Assembly (NCBI GenBank): GCA_944390225.1
Contig: CALXPB010000003.1
Coordinates: forward strand, 29,905 to 93,904
Direction: 5' to 3'
DNA from: an uncultured Alphaproteobacteria bacterium
GTDB taxonomy: Bacteria; Pseudomonadota; Alphaproteobacteria; Rs-D84
DNA: 64,000 nucleotides
The notes under the pieces: model-generated
Told to the model about the DNA's origin: nothing
The model's database searches: none
The model's input: only the letters and a program-made list of their open reading frames with translations
Made by a program: the position numbers and the translations under genes
Shown here: in pieces, positions 57,930 through 64,000 of the stretch
Position numbering within the stretch: the stretch's first letter is position 1
How the letters are laid out: the number at the start of each line of letters is the position of its first letter

Positions 57930-57975
57930 GATTTTTATGATAAAAAACGGGAAATAGAAATAACTTCATAAAAAG

Positions 57976-58062
57976 TGGTGGGGATAGTGGGACTCGAACC
58001 CACACGGTTGCAATAACCAAAGGATTTTAAGTCCTCAGCGTCTACCATTCCGCCATATCCCC
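57976..58062 (-). tRNA. tRNA-Leu (anticodon TAA), long variable arm, CCA encoded
   Basis: Hand-folded. The acceptor is GGGGATA/TATCCCC and the anticodon loop is CTTAAAA. Coordinates were cross-checked against the overlapping track ORF frame. Confidence 0.88.
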
Positions 58063-58079
58063 TGCAACCTTTACAATTC

Positions 58080-58155
58080 TGGTGGAGCTGATGGGACTCA
58101 AACCCACGACCTCTACGATGCGAACGTAGCGCTCTATCAACTGAGCTACAACCCC
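58080..58155 (-). tRNA. tRNA-Ala (anticodon CGC), CCA encoded
   Basis: Hand-folded. The acceptor GGGGTTG/CAGCTCC carries the G3:U70 Ala identity pair. The anticodon arm is CTACG-TTCGCAT-CGTAG. Confidence 0.9.
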
Positions 58156-58166
58156 TATGCCATATA

Positions 58167-58253
58167 TGGTGGGCATAAGAAGACTCGAACTTCCAAGGTA
58201 TCGCTACCACTAGTACCTGAAACTAGCGCGTCTACCAGTTCCGCCATATGCCC
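58167..58253 (-). tRNA. tRNA-Leu (anticodon CAG), long variable arm, CCA encoded
   Basis: Hand-folded. The acceptor is GGGCATA/TATGCCC and the anticodon arm is CTAGT-TTCAGGT-ACTAG. Confidence 0.88.
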
Positions 58254-58267
58254 ATAAAACTTTGTGC

Positions 58268-58296
58268 ATAATAACGCAACTTATCTTACTTTGCAA
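58268..58296 (-). promoter_or_regulatory. Putative sigma70-type promoter of the tRNA cluster
   Basis: The minus strand reads TTGCAA, a 17-nt spacer, then TATTAT, ending 14 nt upstream of the mature 5' end of tRNA-Leu(CAG). Confidence 0.5.
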
Positions 58297-58388
58297 CAAG
58301 AAAAATTCTTTTTTATACTTTAATTTGATAAAAAATTCATCTTTTTACTTGCTCTAAAATTCTGTATTTTGCTAACATTCGTACAGAG

Positions 58389-61076
58389 ATGAAGAAATTT
58401 CTATTTTTTACCTTTTGTGTCATTGTCTGCATCGGTTCCGCCTATGCGGCTGTTCGCGATGAAAACGCGACAGACAGACAGGTCAGTACATCTCAACAAA
58501 CACAAAGTTCCAGAAATTCTGGGACAAAAACTGCGACACGCACGGCAACAATACCGAGAACAACCGCATCCAATACAAACGTTACATCACGCGGTGCAAC
58601 AACCCAGAGCAACATTATATCCAGAAATTCTGCAACGGTCGTTAATAATACAACTCGTGCGACAGGTACGAATGCTTCTATTGCCAGAACAGGCACACTA
58701 CCACGCACCAATATAACATCCAGAAATTCTACCGAGGTTGCACAGCCCGTACGTACCCAAGCAACAACTATTTCAAGGGCAGGGATAGATCAAACTGCAT
58801 CAACTGGGGTAACAGATACTGTGACGGGTGCCGAATACGAACGTTGCAAAAGTGCATACTTTACTTGCATGGATCAATTTTGCCAATTAAAAAATGATGA
58901 CTACCGTCGTTGTTCTTGTAGTGATAGGGTATTCGAACTGGGTGAGGTTCGTGCAACCATGCAAGACGCAACAAACCAACTTACCGTATTTACAGAAAAC
59001 CTTGACGTTGTGGGTATGACAGCAGCGCAAGCAACGGCAATGAAAACCGCAACCGAAGGTGAAAACGCTTTAACTGCGGATACGTCTGCTTCCAAGGCTT
59101 TACTACAAGCAATTATGAATTCTATTCGTGGCGAAGACACATCAGTCAGTGGCAAGTTTTCTACGTTAAATAGTATCAACCTATCTTTTGATACGACGAA
59201 CGCATTTGGGACGTCGGATGTAGGTCAACTGATTGCAACTTATGACGGTCAGAACTTGTATAGCGCAGTATACCCGCAATGTCGCCAAGCCGTAAAGGCA
59301 GATTGTACTGACGCCCAATTACAACGTGCGGTAACGGCATATCTAATGGCCATTGAGCAGGATTGCAATACCGTCGAAAGTGCGTTACAACAACAGCAGA
59401 AAGAGATAAAATCCGCTGTCCGCGAAAGCAGTGCTTTACTGGATTTGGCGCGCGTAGAAAACCGTCAAAAACATAATTCCGATGATATCGCAACATGCTT
59501 AAATAACGTAGAAACCGCGATACTTAGCGAAGAGGTTTGCGGTGAAGGCTATCATAAATGTCTGGATAACGGCGAATTTATTGATATATCAACTGGGGCA
59601 CCCATTGCAGGTGTAGAAAAATTCTATGAACTCGGTAAACTACTAACTTTCGTAGAGGGTGTTAACGCTGCGGATCAAAAATTATCTAAAATCCCATCTA
59701 ACCGTACTTTTGTCCAAAATTTTGAAAAGAAAGTAAAAAAATTTGCAGAACCCGCACTTGATAAATGCGTAGAGCAGGCCGACGTCGTATGGGAAGAATA
59801 TCTTGACAAAGCCATGCTTTCCATATATTACGCGCAACAAGCGAAAGTAAATCAAATAAAGCAAGGATGCTTTGATTTTGTTTCATCTTGTTATATGAAC
59901 GGCGAAACCGCTCTGACAGATGCAATGAAAGAACTTACCGGCAGTGATAATGATGTAGTTTTACAACCGGATAAAGTCGTTCTGTCCACAGAAATGTGTC
60001 GTGATTATATTGAATCGTGTAATATGATGTTCTATGACCAAGCCGGAGATATCATAACAGACTATATAAATAACCGCCAAGATACAGATACCCTTACGGC
60101 TTGTCGTGCGGTCGTACAACAATGCTTTGATAAATTCGGTGGAACAAATTATGAAAACTTCTATTACCCATACAGTGGCTTATTTACAACCGGTACCGCA
60201 TTAAAATGGTTTACTTTATATGAATACGACGAAGAGGGGAATCAACTTTTTGAAGAACCTGTATCAGAATGCGCAAAACAGTTAAAGAACATATCTTCTT
60301 GCAGTTCCACAGAAATGATGGAAAAAGCCTTTGGTGGTTTTGATGTTATAACTGCTGCCAAAGGCAAAACAACAGCCAACGAAACCGTTTATTATTTTGA
60401 CCCTGACGGATCATATAATGACACATATGGTAAGTATAGAAAATACGGTACGTTAAATACTGAGACAACGGAATTGGATGGTGGGCCTAGTGTTACCGTA
60501 TTAAATCATCACGTTCCCAGATCAACTGGTGTAGCAACGGAAATATATAACCAAATAGTTGATATTCTAACAACTCAATGCATGAACCTGCAAGGCCGTT
60601 TTGTTGAACTTCAATTTATAAAAGAAAATCTATACGACGAATCAAACTTATGTATTTCAAAATTCAAAGATTCATTAGAATATGGTGGCGGGTCAAACCT
60701 ATCTCCAAATTTATTTGCTCTTTATGCGATAGGAGAAAATGAAAACATGTGCCCACGAGATTATGACATGAATGTAGACACGCAATCTTGGGGGGCCTGC
60801 CTATGTTGGGAAAACGGTGGCAGACGAAGCAAGTTCGGCCTTAGCCCAAAATGTGTTGCCGCAATACCTGTCGAAGAACCAGCAAATGACGCTAAATGCA
60901 GTCAAACTGACCACCTATGGGGCTTTGAATCAACAGGAGAACCTCTGATATCAAATTGGTGCACAAAAACAGTAACAATCAAGAATCAGGTCTGCTCACT
61001 TTATGGTTCAGAAACATCAGATAATATGTGTCAAACAAACGATGAAATACTAAGTAACCTACCAGAAGGTATATAG
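58389..61076 (+). CDS. Large secreted Cys-rich protein, family copy B
   Basis: 895-aa ORF with a signal peptide (ending GSAYAAV), a Ser/Thr/Arg/Asn-rich repeat region (aa 31-140) and a Cys-patterned domain colinear with 21778-24189 (for example YERCKSAYFTCMDQFCQLKNDDYRRCSC versus YAECREAYATCMDQFCANANDTYRRCFC). Confidence 0.7.
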   Translation: MKKFLFFTFCVIVCIGSAYAAVRDENATDRQVSTSQQTQSSRNSGTKTATRTATIPRTTASNTNVTSRGATTQSNIISRNSATVVNNTTRATGTNASIARTGTLPRTNITSRNSTEVAQPVRTQATTISRAGIDQTASTGVTDTVTGAEYERCKSAYFTCMDQFCQLKNDDYRRCSCSDRVFELGEVRATMQDATNQLTVFTENLDVVGMTAAQATAMKTATEGENALTADTSASKALLQAIMNSIRGEDTSVSGKFSTLNSINLSFDTTNAFGTSDVGQLIATYDGQNLYSAVYPQCRQAVKADCTDAQLQRAVTAYLMAIEQDCNTVESALQQQQKEIKSAVRESSALLDLARVENRQKHNSDDIATCLNNVETAILSEEVCGEGYHKCLDNGEFIDISTGAPIAGVEKFYELGKLLTFVEGVNAADQKLSKIPSNRTFVQNFEKKVKKFAEPALDKCVEQADVVWEEYLDKAMLSIYYAQQAKVNQIKQGCFDFVSSCYMNGETALTDAMKELTGSDNDVVLQPDKVVLSTEMCRDYIESCNMMFYDQAGDIITDYINNRQDTDTLTACRAVVQQCFDKFGGTNYENFYYPYSGLFTTGTALKWFTLYEYDEEGNQLFEEPVSECAKQLKNISSCSSTEMMEKAFGGFDVITAAKGKTTANETVYYFDPDGSYNDTYGKYRKYGTLNTETTELDGGPSVTVLNHHVPRSTGVATEIYNQIVDILTTQCMNLQGRFVELQFIKENLYDESNLCISKFKDSLEYGGGSNLSPNLFALYAIGENENMCPRDYDMNVDTQSWGACLCWENGGRRSKFGLSPKCVAAIPVEEPANDAKCSQTDHLWGFESTGEPLISNWCTKTVTIKNQVCSLYGSETSDNMCQTNDEILSNLPEGI
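58479..58808 (+). repeat. Low-complexity basic Ser/Thr/Arg/Asn-rich repeat region within the 895-aa protein
   Basis: Reiterated units VTSRGATT, IISRNSAT, TTRATGT, ITSRNSTE and TISRAGI. No Cys in this stretch. Confidence 0.7.
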
Positions 61077-61091
61077 AAAAAATTGATATCT

Positions 61092-62249
61092 TTATTTTTT
61101 AATCGCTTTTTTTACATTATCGGCTATTAACGCGCTAGGGGAACCTTCTGACCTATACCATAAGCAGTCTGCTTTTTGTAAATCAGAAATCATTTTTTTT
61201 CTTACAGATGGTATTGTCATTTGCTGAATCGCATCTAATATATTTTCTGCTGTCGCATCTGAGCCCAGAAATTCGGGGAACAGAGTACGATTTAATAAAA
61301 TATTAATTAATGACACCCACTTAATATTTATCATTCGCCGCGCAAACCAAGTTGTTACAGGATTCATTTTATAAACGACAATAGTTGGAATATGCAGCAT
61401 AGCCAATTCTGCCGAAACCGTACCGCTTGCGACAATGGCAATATATGTTTTTGAATAAACGTTATATCGTTCTGACGCAGGAACTAATTCGGGTTTTACT
61501 TCCCAGTTTTTAGTTTGTTCTCGAATATAGTCCACAGTTGTTTCAACAGTTGGTATTACGAATTTATAACCTATATAACCATTTGCTACCAACCTTTTGG
61601 CGACATCTTGAAAAACCGGCAACAACCTTTTAACTTCTGACATTCTGCTGCCAGGGACAAGCGTTATGATTTTTTCTTCTATTTTATCGTTTTTTCTAAA
61701 ATTCAGTAATCCATCTGCTATCGGATGTCCGACAGCAACTGTATCCAAACCATACTTAGTAAAATAAGGAACCTCAAAATCAAAAAAGGCGTATAGTTTA
61801 TCAAATGTATCCGCGTATTTTTTTGCTCTTTTTTCGCGCCAAGCCCACACCTGAGGAGCAACAACATGATGAAAACGCATACCTTTATTTATCAAATCTT
61901 GACCTATCGGGGACTTTTTTACCTTTTTAATCACAGCCTTGGCAAAACTAGGGGAATCAATTGTAAGAACTATATCAGGTTTTTCTTTAAGTATCGCATC
62001 TGCCGTCTGTCTTATTCTATTGGTCAAAGTTCTGGCATGTCCCAAAACCTCAAAAATTCCCATAACAGACAAATCAGACATAGGAAACAACGAATTCAAT
62101 CCCGCCGAAATCATATTTTCACCACCGACACCGAAGAATTCTGCATTCTGAAACTCGCGCATTATGCGCCCACCCAGAACATCACCGGAAACTTCGCCAG
62201 CAATTATAAAAATTTTCACTCTATCATTCTGCATTTTTAGACGTACCAA
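61092..62249 (-). CDS. lpxB: Lipid-A-disaccharide synthase
   Basis: 385-aa ORF with KIFIIAGEVSGDVLGG and a GT19 family layout. An alternative start at 62234 (MQNDR) is possible. Either start overlaps the lpxA 3' end. Confidence 0.9.
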   Translation of the reverse strand: MVRLKMQNDRVKIFIIAGEVSGDVLGGRIMREFQNAEFFGVGGENMISAGLNSLFPMSDLSVMGIFEVLGHARTLTNRIRQTADAILKEKPDIVLTIDSPSFAKAVIKKVKKSPIGQDLINKGMRFHHVVAPQVWAWREKRAKKYADTFDKLYAFFDFEVPYFTKYGLDTVAVGHPIADGLLNFRKNDKIEEKIITLVPGSRMSEVKRLLPVFQDVAKRLVANGYIGYKFVIPTVETTVDYIREQTKNWEVKPELVPASERYNVYSKTYIAIVASGTVSAELAMLHIPTIVVYKMNPVTTWFARRMINIKWVSLINILLNRTLFPEFLGSDATAENILDAIQQMTIPSVRKKMISDLQKADCLWYRSEGSPSALIADNVKKAIKK

Positions 62250-63021
62250 TTCCGCGTTTTGAGCGATTTTCTATAAAATCAATTGCGTCCATTGCGTATT
62301 TATTATTTTTAACTTCTTTGCGAACTTTCGCAAGCCGTTCTGATACTGTTCCTTCGGTTCCTCGAAAAACTGCAGAATACACAGAATGAATTGCGTGCAT
62401 ATCTTCGTTTGTAAAACCGTGGCGCATCAATCCGACACGGTTTATAGTACGATATACCGCACGAGGCATACCGTCATAAATAGCATACGGTAAAACGTCG
62501 TTGCCAACACCGGACATACCACCAATAAAGGCGTTTCGACCAATACGAGCAAACTGCAATACCATCACACCACCAGATAAAATTGCAAAATCTTCAATCT
62601 CTACATGACCTGCAACCTGAACCAAGTTTGACATAACAACACTGTTGCCCACCTTACAATCATGCCCCACATGCGCATTAACCATTATCTGACAGTCGTC
62701 ACCGATAACCGTTCCGTCCGACGCAGGCGTACCAGAATGTATCGTCACATATTCGCGTATTCTACAACGTTTACCTATACGCAAACCGGTCATCGTTGTT
62801 TCGTCTTGCCATTTCAAGTCCTGACTCATAACCCCTAAAACAGCGAAAGGGTACACAATAGAATCATCACCAATTGAGGTTTTTCCGTCAATTATAACAT
62901 TTGAAACCAACTCTACACGATCACCAAGCACAACATTCGGTCCGACAATACAAAACGGACCTATTTTACAATCTTCGCCTAATACGGCACCTTCGTGAAC
63001 AATTGCTGTTGAATGTATCAT
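62224..63021 (-). CDS. lpxA: Acyl-ACP--UDP-N-acetylglucosamine O-acyltransferase
   Basis: 265-aa ORF with hexapeptide repeats (IHSTAIVHEGAVLGEDCKIGPFCIVGPNVVLG) and an LpxA C-terminal helical domain. Confidence 0.93.
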   Translation of the reverse strand: MIHSTAIVHEGAVLGEDCKIGPFCIVGPNVVLGDRVELVSNVIIDGKTSIGDDSIVYPFAVLGVMSQDLKWQDETTMTGLRIGKRCRIREYVTIHSGTPASDGTVIGDDCQIMVNAHVGHDCKVGNSVVMSNLVQVAGHVEIEDFAILSGGVMVLQFARIGRNAFIGGMSGVGNDVLPYAIYDGMPRAVYRTINRVGLMRHGFTNEDMHAIHSVYSAVFRGTEGTVSERLAKVRKEVKNNKYAMDAIDFIENRSKRGIGTSKNAE

Positions 63022-63107
63022 ATTTTTTTATAAGCCTATAATTTATTAATATCGCTTAAAATGATATAACATTAAGTTATTGTTTTGTATTAAAGAAATA
63101 TAACCAA

Positions 63108-63947
63108 TTATAACAAGTCTTTTATCTGTTTCCAGAAATTGCACCGTGGCAGAACAGCCCAATAAAAGACCCCCATAGCAGTTATAACCGGCATAACTGT
63201 CAGCACACCGAAGGACGCTAAAACAATAGCAAATAATTTTTCTTTTAAGCCTTCGGGTATTTTATCCATGTACCAGATAGATAAAGCAAACGAAATAAAT
63301 ATCACAAACAAAGCCCCAAGAAAAACAGGTACAGACTCGGTCAAAACGAATAAAGCAACCCCCAAAGCAGACAAAAATCGAGCCAACCACTTTATTTTTA
63401 CATAAGCACTTTTATGTATTTTTGCCCTAGCGTTAACATTACGTACCGCTATCGTTGCAACTACTGTAATACCGGTAAATAACAAAAACAGTAAATGCAC
63501 TGCTGTTAGTGCTCCTAATTGTCCGAACCTGAAAAATTCCGGTTGCATTAAAATGACCGTTGTCGTTGCCAGTATAATAAGCAATGTCCAAGGAATCGAG
63601 CGCATTTCATATCGTATCATCCGTCCAAACAATACCCCAAGAATAACCACACCAAGTTGTAGAATTGGTCCCCACCATGCGTGCAAATCGGACAAACCTA
63701 TGAATAGTAAAACCAATAAAACCAGAACATAAAATTCTAGTTTTTTTTCTGCGGTCCAATAACGCATTTTAGATAACTTAAAACTTTTAGTATGAGAGCC
63801 TATAAAAAAAGCCGAAACAAAAGATATTGCCGCAATCACAAACGGTAAAACAGTCGCATTATCACGCAACACAGCATAATTTCCGCCAAACAATATAAGC
63901 CACGCAAATGTCAAAGAAACCGTAATAAGCGAAAATTTAGACGGCAA
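63108..63947 (-). CDS. Polytopic membrane protein, unknown function
   Basis: 279-aa ORF that is hydrophobic throughout. It has no CdsA or other signature I recognise. The 5' end may extend toward the window edge. Confidence 0.5.
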   Translation of the reverse strand: MPSKFSLITVSLTFAWLILFGGNYAVLRDNATVLPFVIAAISFVSAFFIGSHTKSFKLSKMRYWTAEKKLEFYVLVLLVLLFIGLSDLHAWWGPILQLGVVILGVLFGRMIRYEMRSIPWTLLIILATTTVILMQPEFFRFGQLGALTAVHLLFLLFTGITVVATIAVRNVNARAKIHKSAYVKIKWLARFLSALGVALFVLTESVPVFLGALFVIFISFALSIWYMDKIPEGLKEKLFAIVLASFGVLTVMPVITAMGVFYWAVLPRCNFWKQIKDLL

Positions 63948-64000
63948 AGATTTTATTGACCAACCAATTTTTTCTAGGAAAAAACCGCTACAAAAATATA

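Noticed and set aside
1-64000. I looked for CRISPR repeats, IS elements or transposases, integrases, restriction-modification genes, toxin-antitoxin pairs, phage structural genes, rRNA, tmRNA and SRP RNA.
   Set aside because: None recognised on either strand. The only direct repeats found are the intragenic ones reported above, and the hairpins are ordinary terminators. Absence is by eye only and should be confirmed with Infernal/Rfam, ISfinder and defence-system HMMs.

Overview
This is a 64-kb chromosomal segment that is AT-rich by eye (GC not computed). It looks alphaproteobacterial because it carries a GcrA cell-cycle regulator, a DUF2155-type protein and a ybgC-tolQ-tolR-tolA block. Lineage beyond that is inference; a small-genome, host-associated or uncultured alphaproteobacterium is my guess. 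I call about 70 CDS, 6 tRNAs that all encode their CCA end (Gly-CCC, Pro-GGG, and a Leu-CAG/Ala-CGC/Leu-TAA/Val-CAC cluster), one compact type-A RNase P RNA, and many hairpin plus T-run terminators.

The backbone is housekeeping:
- Replication and repair: recN, xseA, dnaE, ruvB.
- Translation and RNA modification: tsaD, the rpsP-rimM-trmD-rplS operon, rplY, rsmD, tadA, rsmH, rplM-rpsI, rpsA.
- Metabolism: gdh, pfk, gpmI, adk, acpS.
- Chaperones, secretion and envelope: dnaK, secA, tig, tolQRA, lpxA-lpxB.
- Regulation: an OmpR/EnvZ-like two-component pair and gcrA.

I saw no rRNA, CRISPR array, transposase, integrase or recognisable defence gene.

The interesting content is lineage-specific genes of unknown function inserted into this backbone:
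1. Three tandem paralogous small Cys/Lys-rich ORFs sit between rimM and trmD, and an unrelated small Cys-rich ORF sits between rpsP and rimM.
2. A family of very large secreted Cys-rich proteins has two diverged copies (21778-24189 on the minus strand, 58389-61076 on the plus strand). Each has a basic Ser/Thr/Arg-rich repeat region after the signal peptide.
3. Further Cys-rich exported proteins are present. One has four ~63-aa 4-Cys repeats and CxxGxY-type modules of a kind I associate with eukaryotic proteins.
4. A short A24 prepilin peptidase with no pilus genes nearby heads a tight 4-gene operon with three secreted or membrane proteins of unknown function.
5. Directly downstream of rsmH, where dcw division genes normally follow, lies a CPVC-motif membrane protein plus a 210-aa cytosolic protein.
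6. Several enzyme folds have lost catalytic motifs by inspection: an alpha/beta hydrolase and a Nudix protein.

Every functional idea for the unknown genes is a hypothesis. No database search was possible.
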